This document shows positions 35,377 through 44,777 of a DNA stretch of 49,208 nucleotides, piece after piece (within the stretch, counting starts at the first letter, position 1; the number at the start of each line of letters is the position of its first letter). Both the position numbers and the translations under genes were made by a program. Below the pieces are notes generated by a model. The model saw nothing but the letters and a program-made list of their open reading frames with translations, was not told the DNA's origin and made no database searches. Source of the DNA: a virus; the UHGV virus genome UHGV-0196072; one strand, 5' to 3'.

Positions 35377-38300
35377 TTAACGCCCTTCTTTTATTGCCTT
35401 CCAGAGTGGCGTGCCGGGCCGTTGGGCCTGTTCACTGACGACACTAATGATGGCGGGTTTCAGCTGCTTGAGGATCCCGTTACTGTCAATTGCTGACCGC
35501 TGCGTAGACTGCTGTTCGTTGCTGCTACTGATATAGACGCCGCCCATGTTGACCATCACACCGCCAGGAGACACACTCGCCGGACTGGCAGCGTTGCCGA
35601 CATACCCGCCGGAGGCATAACCGCGCATCATCCGGTAAAGGTTGCTCACGCCGATGCGGCTGGTTGCCTCTTTGGTGAATACGAACTCGCCGCGGTGGAC
35701 AACGCCTGCGGGCTCATACTTACCACCATGCCCGGTAAAACCGCCGACATCATAATTGGGTGGGCGATACGACGGAACCGCAAACGACTGACCAGACTTT
35801 GAGGCGCTGGAATCGCCGCTGATCCACCCCATGGCCGCCTGAAGGGTATAGGCCACGATCAGCTGATTGATGACCTGAACAATCATCTTCAGTATGGATG
35901 ACGTGAACTCCTTAAAGCTCGCTTTGCCGGTGGTGGTCAGTTGGGTGAGCTGATCGGCCAGCCCGCTGAATGTTGACTGTGAAACCTGTTTCATGGCGTC
36001 ATAAACGTTCGTCGCCGAGTCCTGATATTCAGCCCACCCCTTTTCCACGCCACTCAGCCAGTTACCACGAAGCTGATCCTCCGCTTCGTAATAATTATTC
36101 GCAGCCTGAAGTTGCTGCCGGTATCCGGCATCATCAAGAGAGCCGCCGCCATTTTTCCAGCCGGCAGCGAGCTGGGCTTTTGCCAGTTGCCTCTGGGCCA
36201 TACGGTCACTGAGGGTGGCTCCACCCACCAGAGCCTGCTGCTTTTCTGCCATCTGAGTGACGTATTTTTGCGCCGTATCCATGCGCTTATTCAGCTGTTC
36301 CTGTGCAACAATCTGATCGCCCAGCAGCGCCTTTTGCCGTGCCAGTTGCAGAACCTGCGCCTTACCCGACAGCAGGGATTTTTCCTGCTTCGTCAGGGAC
36401 CGGGTCCGGGCGGCTTCTTCCAGAACCTGAAATTTTGCTTCCGTGGTCCAGAGGTCTTTTCGCTGCTGACTGATGGTGTCGTTCAGTCCTTTATGAAGCT
36501 GTAGTGTGCGTAACTGCGCCTGCAACACCAGCAGTTCTTCCCGTGCTGAGTCAACAGCACTGACGCCTGCAGACGTACGCGTCTGGCCTTTCTTTCGACG
36601 GTTTTTCTCAATCTCATCGGCCGCTTTCGACACCGCATCCTGCTGGCCCGGCCCGGCGGCCACCCTGGCATCCCGTGCACGGGTTACGTATCCCATTTCC
36701 CCCTGACGGATCCGGGCGTCACGTTCAGCAATGGATTTCAGTAATTCCGCATTCTGTTTCTTGTTGGCTTCAATATATTCCTGGTTCTGCTTAATCGCAT
36801 CCTTACCAACATCCCCCATCCCCGGTATTTTTTGTGCGGCCTTTTGTGCACTGAGCACAAATTCGCGAATGGCTGTATCGCCACTGTTAAGTAGATACCT
36901 GACCTGCTCAACCGTACCGGCAACCACGTCAGTAATCAGGTTCAGTGCACCAATGGTATGGTCACCCACCCACCGCCACGCATCCGCCGTCCATTTTTTG
37001 ATGTTGTCCCACATCTGCTCCAGAGGTGTGCTGGCATTATCAATCTGCTGCATGCGTTCACCCATGGTGTCCGCAAACAGTTTCATCCCCTCAGTAACGG
37101 CGGCCTGTTTACCCTTTGTACGCTCTAATTCGTCAATATGGCGTAACTGGGCAACACTGAGGAAATTGTACTCTTTGTTCAGTTCAGCCAGCGCTTTGAC
37201 CGGACTTTTGGCGATTGAGCCAAACGCAGCTTCAATTCTGGCGGCATCATCCTCCATGACCTGCGACCATTGCTGCGAGGTTTTAGCCACGATGCGCAAC
37301 TGCTCTGTGCTGTATTTCCCCGTCCCGGCGATCCGGGCAAGGACCTCCGCCACTGATGCTGTGCTGGCGTTGGTGCTGTCCCCTATTTCATCCGCCATTT
37401 TCCACAGCTGAGCCGTGGTGGTTGCCGACGTTCCACCGGTTATCGTGATGGCGCGGTACAGCGATCGGTTTGCCTGCTCTGCCTGCCAGGCGGCAACCGA
37501 TACCGCGGTCAGTGCCGTGGCAAAACCGCCAACGATGATCCGGCCAGGCGTAAGAAAGCGCAGTAACCCTTTGGCATGCTCCGCATTCTCAGAAAGGGCA
37601 TTGGCATTTTCCGACAGCGACGCTTCGGACTCATCAGCAGAAGTTTTGACGCCCAGTAGTTCCTCTTTGAGGATCTCGAAGATATTGCCGATCCCCCCAA
37701 ACGAATCGCTGATTTGGCCTCCCTGCTGCATGAGGACCATCCACAGCGGCATTCCGCCGGCAATTGAGGTGGCGATATCCGTAAACTGGGCAGGTAACAT
37801 CCGGAGTGCCTGGCGATACTGTCCGGCGCTGAGCGTCCCTTTTTTCCATTCGCTATCCTGTTCTTTTAACCGGGCAATCAGTGGCGCGGCTTGTTCAGTC
37901 ACACCGAGTTGTGCCGCTTTCAGGTTCAGTAATTCGGTGCGGGATAGTCCCTGCTCTTCAACCTGCGATTTAAGCTGTTCCAGGAAGCGGGCCCGCGACT
38001 GACTGGCTTTTTCTTCAGCCCGCTGTAATTCCTTCTGCCGGGCCGTGGTCTGGGATATCAGCGCCAGATAATCCTGCTGCGTGATGTTCCCCTGCACGCG
38101 CGCCTTCCTGAACTGCTCCTGAACCGCCGTTAAGGAATCCGTGGCCCCACTCAGTGAACGAACGCCGTCAATCTGACGAAAGAACGACTCCGCCAGTGCA
38201 TCCTGCTGCCGGGCCAGTACGGCAGCCCGGGCAGCATTATCCCGAAGTTGCTGGCTGAACCCCGCCACGCGCTGCTGCGTTTCTTCTACGGATTCACTGA

Positions 38301-38547
38301 CCCGCTGCATTTCCGAACTAAGCCCTGCCGCTGCCGCTGACTGGCGGGACTGCATATCAGACATCGCGGCAGCGCGATTCGCCGCCGCCGTGGCCAGCGC
38401 AGCCTCTGCTCGTTGCTGGCGAGTCTGAACTTTTTCCGCTTCATCGCCCAGCCCTGACAGCTGATTCTTAATCCGCGCGACCTGCTCCGTAAACGTGGCG
38501 CTGTCAACATCGAGGTTAATAACAAGGTCGCTAATCTGCTGGGCCAT
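35377..38547 (-). CDS. H: tail tape-measure protein H (1056 aa)
   Basis: Long alpha-helical, Ala/Gln-rich protein downstream of G/GT. Confidence 0.85.
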   Translation of the reverse strand: MAQQISDLVINLDVDSATFTEQVARIKNQLSGLGDEAEKVQTRQQRAEAALATAAANRAAAMSDMQSRQSAAAAGLSSEMQRVSESVEETQQRVAGFSQQLRDNAARAAVLARQQDALAESFFRQIDGVRSLSGATDSLTAVQEQFRKARVQGNITQQDYLALISQTTARQKELQRAEEKASQSRARFLEQLKSQVEEQGLSRTELLNLKAAQLGVTEQAAPLIARLKEQDSEWKKGTLSAGQYRQALRMLPAQFTDIATSIAGGMPLWMVLMQQGGQISDSFGGIGNIFEILKEELLGVKTSADESEASLSENANALSENAEHAKGLLRFLTPGRIIVGGFATALTAVSVAAWQAEQANRSLYRAITITGGTSATTTAQLWKMADEIGDSTNASTASVAEVLARIAGTGKYSTEQLRIVAKTSQQWSQVMEDDAARIEAAFGSIAKSPVKALAELNKEYNFLSVAQLRHIDELERTKGKQAAVTEGMKLFADTMGERMQQIDNASTPLEQMWDNIKKWTADAWRWVGDHTIGALNLITDVVAGTVEQVRYLLNSGDTAIREFVLSAQKAAQKIPGMGDVGKDAIKQNQEYIEANKKQNAELLKSIAERDARIRQGEMGYVTRARDARVAAGPGQQDAVSKAADEIEKNRRKKGQTRTSAGVSAVDSAREELLVLQAQLRTLQLHKGLNDTISQQRKDLWTTEAKFQVLEEAARTRSLTKQEKSLLSGKAQVLQLARQKALLGDQIVAQEQLNKRMDTAQKYVTQMAEKQQALVGGATLSDRMAQRQLAKAQLAAGWKNGGGSLDDAGYRQQLQAANNYYEAEDQLRGNWLSGVEKGWAEYQDSATNVYDAMKQVSQSTFSGLADQLTQLTTTGKASFKEFTSSILKMIVQVINQLIVAYTLQAAMGWISGDSSASKSGQSFAVPSYRPPNYDVGGFTGHGGKYEPAGVVHRGEFVFTKEATSRIGVSNLYRMMRGYASGGYVGNAASPASVSPGGVMVNMGGVYISSSNEQQSTQRSAIDSNGILKQLKPAIISVVSEQAQRPGTPLWKAIKEGR

Positions 38548-39288
38548 AGCGGGTGCCTCCTGTTATTCCTTCTGCGGCCAGCATCATGGCGTCATCATCC
38601 TGTACATTCTCTGCCGCAGACTCCGTTGAGGGGGACAACAGGCTGAAGTGTGCAGGGGAGATATCCGGATCCGGGCAGAAGAAGGTGGAAATGGTATAAA
38701 GCAGACTGGAAAAATGCGCATCGAGTTGCGCGTCCTGAAAATAACGCTCCCGGTAAAAGTGATGCCAGTCGCCCAGCTCAGAGGACGTCATGCCAGCAAG
38801 CATGGCGCGCCAGTCGGGTCGCCCGAACTCACGCGCCAGTTTCAGGACAAAATCAAGCTCACTGGCTAGGGCTTTTCCGCCGTAACCGGTTCATCACCCA
38901 GCGCGGTGGCATCAACATCTTCATCCGTGGATGGCGCTTCTTCGGCAACCGGTGCCAGCATTCCCGACAGCGTTTTAACGGCGATTTCTGCCTTCCCGAT
39001 AGCCTCAGCAGGCCACGTACTCAAAACCTGATGGAACAGTTCATCCTCGGAGGGCCCCTCCGGATCATTGTGCCAGAGCGAATACGAAATCAGTCGGGCG
39101 CTGTTGCGAATACTCATGCCAATCAGGCGGGTCGTCATGGCCTGTTCACTCAGCTCTTCGTCGGAAGATGCCAGCGCTTTTTCTTCCCCGGCCAGATAGT
39201 CCAGGTAATGAATGCGCTGCAGTGCCGACAGTTCGGTGAGTGTGGTGGACTGACCATTAAACTCAAAGGGCTCTTTTTTCAAAAACAT
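38531..39288 (-). CDS. GT: tail assembly chaperone GT fusion, produced by a programmed -1 frameshift near the end of G
   Basis: The T-frame ORF (38531..38803 and upstream) is in the -1 frame relative to G. Slippery-like GGAAAAG at 38872..38878, 3 codons before the G stop. Confidence 0.65.
38866..39288 (-). CDS. G: tail assembly chaperone G
   Basis: 140 aa with an acidic C-terminus. In the lambda gpG position. Confidence 0.8.
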   Translation of the reverse strand: MFLKKEPFEFNGQSTTLTELSALQRIHYLDYLAGEEKALASSDEELSEQAMTTRLIGMSIRNSARLISYSLWHNDPEGPSEDELFHQVLSTWPAEAIGKAEIAVKTLSGMLAPVAEEAPSTDEDVDATALGDEPVTAEKP

Positions 39289-39298
39289 ACTGTTATCC

Positions 39299-40042
39299 TC
39301 AGGAAGCCGTCACGGTGATTTTACAGGTCGCCACAAAATTACCGTCATTGCTCATGACAATAGCGTCGGCGGTACCAGCCGCCACGCCGGTGACAATCAG
39401 AGATTTGCCACTCACGGCCACGGTCGCTTTCGCGCTGTCCGAGGTCGCCGCCCGGAAAGACTGTTCCGATGCGCTGGCAGGCAGGAAGGTGACATTTAGC
39501 GTAGTGGTTGCGCCAACGACCACGCTGGCCGTTGCCTTGTCGAGTTTGATGCCGGTCACTGCAATCGGCTGGTTGCCGCTTTCTTCCGCCAGTTCCGGTT
39601 TCCCGGTATTGGTGATTTTGGCGGTACGGGTGATCACTTCCTTTGCGGGGATGGCTTTACCCAGGCTACTGCACCAGCCTTTGAACACATCCACGGTGCC
39701 ATTCGGGTACTTAATTTTGTACGCCCGTACAGAGCCATCAACGAACCAGGCCACCAGCGACTTTTGCCCTTCTTCACCGGGTTTCCAGGCCAGCGTTAAT
39801 GATGTATCACCTGCCGATTTTGCCCCCTGCGCGGTAGCAGTCCAGTCTGCATCTTCATCATCAAGGTAGGTATCATCGTAGGACTCTGCTGTCATTTCGC
39901 CCGGCGTCAGTTCCTTAATTTTTGCCAGGCGCTGCCAGTCAGCATCGGTAAGTGGATTAGCATAGGGATTACCTGTGCCGGTATACAGCCAGAGTGTGGT
40001 ACCCGCCCCTTTTACCGGAGCAAGTGGATTAGGTGTTGGCAT
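39299..40042 (-). CDS. V: major tail protein V (with a C-terminal Big_2 domain)
   Basis: 247 aa, collinear with lambda gpV. Confidence 0.9.
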   Translation of the reverse strand: MPTPNPLAPVKGAGTTLWLYTGTGNPYANPLTDADWQRLAKIKELTPGEMTAESYDDTYLDDEDADWTATAQGAKSAGDTSLTLAWKPGEEGQKSLVAWFVDGSVRAYKIKYPNGTVDVFKGWCSSLGKAIPAKEVITRTAKITNTGKPELAEESGNQPIAVTGIKLDKATASVVVGATTTLNVTFLPASASEQSFRAATSDSAKATVAVSGKSLIVTGVAAGTADAIVMSNDGNFVATCKITVTAS

Positions 40043-40048
40043 AAATCC

Positions 40049-40447
40049 TCACATGTCATAAGTAATTGAATATTTCATATCTGCGGAACTCCAGAGCCCG
40101 AGGCTGTCATCCCTCTGGTATTCATACCCCTGTTGCACCATCACGGTAATCAGCCCATTCAGCGCGGAGATGCCTGAGATTGCCGGGTAAACACGGTTTT
40201 CCATCCACTCATCAAGTTGGGAATCAGGTACCTGAGCAGGAAGGAAAACTTCGATATGTAAAGTGGCCTGCCAGGTATCCGCATCCAGATCCTCCCCGGT
40301 GTATTCGGCATCCGTCAGATAAACCGCCACAGCAGGGAAATCTTCTTCCTCAATGACAGCCGGACGACCATCAAAAAAAATGGCGCTGTTCCCTATCACG
40401 CTTTCCAGACCCTCAATCACGGCCTGGCGTATTTCGGTATGTTTCAT
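40049..40447 (-). CDS. U: tail terminator protein U
   Basis: Very close to lambda gpU (MKHTE..FFDGRPAV..FPAVAVYLT..LHIEVFLPAQVPDS). Confidence 0.9.
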   Translation of the reverse strand: MKHTEIRQAVIEGLESVIGNSAIFFDGRPAVIEEEDFPAVAVYLTDAEYTGEDLDADTWQATLHIEVFLPAQVPDSQLDEWMENRVYPAISGISALNGLITVMVQQGYEYQRDDSLGLWSSADMKYSITYDM

Positions 40448-41028
40448 CGTTTCAGGTGTAACCTCAGTTGTTGCCTGAGCGCAGCGGCCAGTTGCTTTGG
40501 CATCTCCACATCAAGCATGCGTTTCTTCTCCGCTTCGAAAGCAGTGGTAAGCGGTGCAGACAGTGGGATTTTCACAACATCAATGGGGTAGCGATTTTTC
40601 CCGGCAATACGCCTCATGACATGCCAGCGACCGTTGGCTAATTGCTGAATGAAAGCGTCCCTGAAAAGATATTTCCCGATTTTCAGGACACTGCCTCTCC
40701 GCAGAAGCGCCCCTTTCTTTCTGGTTAAGCGGACTTGCGCGGCGCCAAGCTTGATTGCCGGTAAGTTCCCCCGGTTGACCTTTATCCTGGCGTTCATCCG
40801 GCCAGTAGAGGATGCTTTACTGACTCTGACCCGCTGTTTAACCAGCCTGACCGGGAGACCTTTCACGTGGTTATCACCCGCTACCGTTTCGTTAGCCACT
40901 TTTCGGGTCGCGGCGGTAACGGCCGTTCTGGCGACGCGGTTGATTGCCCAGGCGCTGGCCTTAGGCACCATGTTGCGATCAAGGCTGTTCAGGTTTGCAA
41001 TAACTTGCTCCAGCCCCTTAATACCCAT
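40444..41028 (-). CDS. Z: tail completion protein Z (start at the internal Met MGIKGLEQ)
   Basis: Matches lambda gpZ (KGLEQ...RWHVM.R.AGKNRYPIDVVKIP). Confidence 0.85.
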   Translation of the reverse strand: MGIKGLEQVIANLNSLDRNMVPKASAWAINRVARTAVTAATRKVANETVAGDNHVKGLPVRLVKQRVRVSKASSTGRMNARIKVNRGNLPAIKLGAAQVRLTRKKGALLRRGSVLKIGKYLFRDAFIQQLANGRWHVMRRIAGKNRYPIDVVKIPLSAPLTTAFEAEKKRMLDVEMPKQLAAALRQQLRLHLKR

Positions 41029-41036
41029 AAAACCTC

Positions 41037-41411
41037 CTATCGGCGGCGGTTTCCGGCGGGGGGATGTCCGGTGCCCAGCCAGAGATAACAGGATCCGCAA
41101 TCGTCCGGGCCGACTCTGTCAACCCAGTAGTCCGTTCCGTTAATGGAAAGCGTATCCGGACGCCGCAACAGGCTGACCAGTGAGGTCTGGACAAATACCG
41201 ACGGGCTGGTGCCTTCCACCCGGATACCGGCACCGGGATAACCAACTTCGGAAGGATCATCAAAGACACCAGTGAATTCCGCACCTGAAAGCGCCCCGGA
41301 AGTGACTTTCACGGTGACTCCCATCACGGTTCGGATGGTTTTGTCAGCCCGGGAAATGGCCGCATCGAAGAGATTGTCGAAACCGGACATCGCGCGCTCC
41401 TCAGTATTCAT
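41037..41411 (-). CDS. FII: head-tail joining protein FII
   Basis: Matches lambda FII (FDNLFDAAI..GVFDDP..WVDRV.PDD.GSC.LWLG.G.PPA.NRRR). Confidence 0.85.
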   Translation of the reverse strand: MNTEERAMSGFDNLFDAAISRADKTIRTVMGVTVKVTSGALSGAEFTGVFDDPSEVGYPGAGIRVEGTSPSVFVQTSLVSLLRRPDTLSINGTDYWVDRVGPDDCGSCYLWLGTGHPPAGNRRR

Positions 41412-41775
41412 CCACCAACCCGGCCGCGATCAGTCGTGCCAGGACTGCCTCAGGCACACGGACCACTTCATCCGGGAGAATAAGTTCCTTACGGCGATCG
41501 CTGTCGGCTTCCCGGGCGTGGGTGTGAAATGTCTGCCGCGCCTTAACCCGTCGCCATCCGGAAGCCACCGGTTTCTCTTCTGTACGGGTGATAAGTTCGC
41601 CATCGATGGTGTTGTCATCACTGCCGTCGCCTTCATCTCCGGAGAGTGCCAGCGCTTCCTCCTCCCATTCCGCCACGCGCTGTCGGATATCGGCGGCGCT
41701 ACCAGACAGGTCAGGTGTACGTCCGAGCGCAGTTGCCAGCTCCTGAAGACGCTTCAGATCGGTTTCTTTTGACAT
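41401..41775 (-). CDS. FI: DNA packaging protein FI
   Basis: 124 aa, in the lambda FI position. Similar N-terminus. Confidence 0.7.
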   Translation of the reverse strand: MSKETDLKRLQELATALGRTPDLSGSAADIRQRVAEWEEEALALSGDEGDGSDDNTIDGELITRTEEKPVASGWRRVKARQTFHTHAREADSDRRKELILPDEVVRVPEAVLARLIAAGLVDEY

Positions 41776-41825
41776 GGTTTTACCCTCAGAAATGCAGAAA
41801 GAAGGGCCTCGCGGCCCCTGTCTGG

Positions 41826-42854
41826 TTACTTGATCGTGACCACCACGAATTCATCCGGGGAAGGAAGCACCATCAGCGGGGCGGACTGGATCATCGTGAA
41901 CTCTCGCGCAGGATCTCCCACAGTCATCCAGTGCTTCGGGTAACGCGATGCGGACACAATACCTTCAGCAAGCGCCTGTGCATCCTGAATCGCACCATAA
42001 CAACGGATCCCCTCAGAAGCGGTGTTCCCCAGCACCAGCGTGCCCTCCGGAAGATAGCGTTTTTCGGTACCGTCTTTGTCCACATACGCCGTTTTCGCCG
42101 CCACGATGGCCAGATCGCCGTAGTAGCCTTTGAAAGACACCAGAGACCCCAAATCCTTGAGCGCGGTTTCCAGCTGGGAGGTGGAGCCGCGGCGGGTATC
42201 CAGTTTTTCGCGGAACATCTTGAAGCCGTTCAGGAGACGCCACACCGAGCCGTCCATGACAGCAATATTGATAAGACCGGAAGACTGATCGCAGTACATA
42301 TCAATATCGTGGGTAGGGTCGAAGGTCTCACGATCCTGCTCTGACCAGGTCGCCCCGGGGGCCTGGATAATGTTGTTGGAAGCCGAGCGACCAAAGTCCA
42401 CTTCGATTTTCTCGAACTGCTCCCCTTCCATCACATATTTGCCATAGAGAACCGCATTCACCGCCTGCATTTCCTCCACCTGCACAATGGCGTGCTCTTC
42501 CTGTTTGAGGTTGTCAGTCAGGATACGCAGGCGGCGATACAGCGGGTCATTCAGTTGAGCGGGATCTTCACCCGGGAGACGTTCAATCGCCTGCTGGTAA
42601 TTAAACTCATGTTTCGGCTTGACGTAGCCGGGACGCAGTACACGTGTTTCACCGCCACGCTGGCGTAGCACTTTCCCTTCAACAACCGGGGACACATAGG
42701 CGGCAATAGGTGTTTTACCCGTGATTTTGTCCAGCATGACCTCTTCAGTGTGGAAGTTCACGGTACGGCGGAAAAACAGGGTCAGAAAAAGCGGGTTAAA
42801 CTTAACTTTCTGCTCGGTGTAACCCAGCAGCTGGCGGGTGGTAAACAATCCCAT
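41826..42854 (-). CDS. E: major capsid protein E (HK97 fold)
   Basis: 342 aa, collinear and highly similar to lambda gpE (YVSPV..GYVKPKHE..TMIQSAPLM). Confidence 0.95.
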   Translation of the reverse strand: MGLFTTRQLLGYTEQKVKFNPLFLTLFFRRTVNFHTEEVMLDKITGKTPIAAYVSPVVEGKVLRQRGGETRVLRPGYVKPKHEFNYQQAIERLPGEDPAQLNDPLYRRLRILTDNLKQEEHAIVQVEEMQAVNAVLYGKYVMEGEQFEKIEVDFGRSASNNIIQAPGATWSEQDRETFDPTHDIDMYCDQSSGLINIAVMDGSVWRLLNGFKMFREKLDTRRGSTSQLETALKDLGSLVSFKGYYGDLAIVAAKTAYVDKDGTEKRYLPEGTLVLGNTASEGIRCYGAIQDAQALAEGIVSASRYPKHWMTVGDPAREFTMIQSAPLMVLPSPDEFVVVTIK

Positions 42855-42930
42855 AAAAATATCCTTTATTCATCAGGTACAAAAAAGCCGCGTCTGAGCG
42901 CGGCCTGTCGTGTTCGTGTTGGTGCCAGAA

Positions 42931-43269
42931 TTACGCGTGGCTAATCGCACTACCCGCGAAAGCATTCACCTTTTTAATGGGATCCACTGTTTCCGGCCAC
43001 TCAAGGGCTTCCGTGGCAAAGGTGCCACTCTTCCAGTACGTCAGGGTGGTTTCGCCGCCTTCAAGTGGCAACGCCAGCACGCCGACCGCAGTGCCGGCGT
43101 TTTCTCCGTCCCAGGCAACCAGGCTCCCGGTGGTGCCATCCAGCATCAGCGGGGTCAGCACTGGCGTTGCTGTTGTGATAGCGCAAGCCCCAGTCGCGGT
43201 ATGCGCCGGGTCGTTTCCGGCAAAAATCCGTGGATCGATTCGCTGCTCTGTGGTGGTTTTGAATGACAT
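42931..43269 (-). CDS. D: head decoration protein D
   Basis: 112 aa, near-identical motifs to lambda gpD (DPAHTAT..TPLMLD..LVAWDG..YKSGTF..FAG.AIS). Confidence 0.9.
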   Translation of the reverse strand: MSFKTTTEQRIDPRIFAGNDPAHTATGACAITTATPVLTPLMLDGTTGSLVAWDGENAGTAVGVLALPLEGGETTLTYWKSGTFATEALEWPETVDPIKKVNAFAGSAISHA

Positions 43270-43283
43270 CAGACAATCCTCGC

Positions 43284-44777
43284 TTAGTTACCGGGCATCA
43301 TGTTGAGCATCTGGCTTTCTGTGGTGGTACTGCTGTCTGCACCCGCCTGAACCGGCGCAGGAGAATGTTGCTGCATAAACTGCTCAAAGGAACCTGCCGC
43401 AACGCCGCTATTTCCGGCGGCAGGAAGAGGCGCAGCCGACAGTAAACTTTTGGCCTGCTCGAGCGTCATACCGGGCACCGATGACAACTGTTGTGCCAGT
43501 TCCTCACGTCCGGAGGCCTCTTCCAGCGCCATGACACTGTCGGACAATGACGCAGCTTTTGGGGAGAGCGCCAGCAAGGATTTCGCCTGCTCCAGTGTCA
43601 TGCCCGGCGTCGCCGCCAGAGCCTGTGCCAGCGGTTCCCGACCGACAGCTTCATCAAGGGACATAATGCGCTCTGGCACACTTACCGCCGCTTCAGTAGT
43701 TTGCTGTGGCGCTGAGGATAAAATAGCCTGCGCCTGAACGAGACTCATCCCCGGCTGGCTGGCCAGCATCTGTGCCATCGCCTCGCGCCCTTTTGCCTCA
43801 GGGCAGGTCAGGATCCCCATAACACGCTGGTTTTCCTGGGTAACAGCTTCCGCTGCAGATAATTGAGACATATTTCCTCCGGTTTTTTCGGGATTTCTGA
43901 TAGCGGATGCCATCACATTCACGGCATCTGCCGCATTAACCATTTCATCGGCCAGTCCGACACTGATAGCCGAAGCGCCGTCATACACCGCCGCCTCGGT
44001 TGCCAGCACGTCATCTAAAGACAGTTGCGTGTATTGCGCGACCTTTTCAGCAAACATCGTTCTGGCGTCATCCATTCGTTTCTGGCAGTCAGCCCGCACG
44101 TCTTCTGGTAGTGACTGATAGGGGTTTAAATCCACCTTATGGCCGCCGGAAAAAATCAACGTGATTTCCACGCCGTCCTGCTCCAGTTGCCCGGCGTAGC
44201 TGGTATGGGCCATGACCACACCAATCGACCCCAGTCGTGATGTCTGCGTCACCAGACGTCGATCGCAGGCCGCCGCTAACAACATCGCCGCCGAACAGGC
44301 CATATCATTGGCCAGCGCCCAGATGGGCTTTTCCCCCCTCAGTCGGTGGATCATGTCAGCGCAATCAAATGCGCCGGCCGCCTGTCCACCCGGGCTGTCG
44401 ATGTCCAGCAAAATTCCGGTCACGTCAGGGTCGGCGATGGCCTGCTGAAGCCGACCCAGCACACCGTCATAACCCGTCATGCCGGAGAACGGGCGCATAC
44501 CACCGAGTTTATGAACCAGACTGCCGGTGACGGGCAGTACCGCTATACCGTCAACCACCTGATAGAAACGCGCCTGCCGCTTGCCGTCAGACATAAAGGC
44601 CGTGGTGACCTGCGTCATATCCGTGGTATCAAGACTTTCCTCACTCTGGGGGATCCGCAGGTTATTAACGCCCCCTTCCCTACCCAGAGCGCAAAAGAAA
44701 ACCCGCGCGTAGGCGGGTTCAAGTAACAGTGGGGCGTTCGTGGCCTGGCTGTATATGTGCGGGAGATTACGTTGCAC
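43284..44777 (-). CDS. C: prohead protease / minor capsid protein C (S49 peptidase) with a nested in-frame Nu3-like scaffold region at the C-terminus
   Basis: Collinear with lambda gpC (NLPHI..LLEPAYARVFFCAL). S49 core. C-terminal repeats. Confidence 0.85.
   Translation of the reverse strand: MQRNLPHIYSQATNAPLLLEPAYARVFFCALGREGGVNNLRIPQSEESLDTTDMTQVTTAFMSDGKRQARFYQVVDGIAVLPVTGSLVHKLGGMRPFSGMTGYDGVLGRLQQAIADPDVTGILLDIDSPGGQAAGAFDCADMIHRLRGEKPIWALANDMACSAAMLLAAACDRRLVTQTSRLGSIGVVMAHTSYAGQLEQDGVEITLIFSGGHKVDLNPYQSLPEDVRADCQKRMDDARTMFAEKVAQYTQLSLDDVLATEAAVYDGASAISVGLADEMVNAADAVNVMASAIRNPEKTGGNMSQLSAAEAVTQENQRVMGILTCPEAKGREAMAQMLASQPGMSLVQAQAILSSAPQQTTEAAVSVPERIMSLDEAVGREPLAQALAATPGMTLEQAKSLLALSPKAASLSDSVMALEEASGREELAQQLSSVPGMTLEQAKSLLSAAPLPAAGNSGVAAGSFEQFMQQHSPAPVQAGADSSTTTESQMLNMMPGN
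43428..43799 (-). repeat. three tandem about-45-aa coding repeats (REx.AQxLAxxPGMTLEQAKSLLxxAP) in the scaffold region of gpC
   Basis: aa 327-357, 376-406 and 418-450 of gpC. Lambda C carries this motif once. Confidence 0.7.

Noticed and set aside
36731-38002. Plus-strand ORFs 36731..37411 and 37415..38002, antisense to the tape-measure gene
   Set aside because: Antisense to a strongly supported structural gene. Ser/Ala/Cys-rich low-complexity translations.
41646-42344. Plus-strand ORF 41646..42344, antisense to major capsid gene E and FI
   Set aside because: Overlaps near-lambda-identical capsid coding sequence on the other strand.
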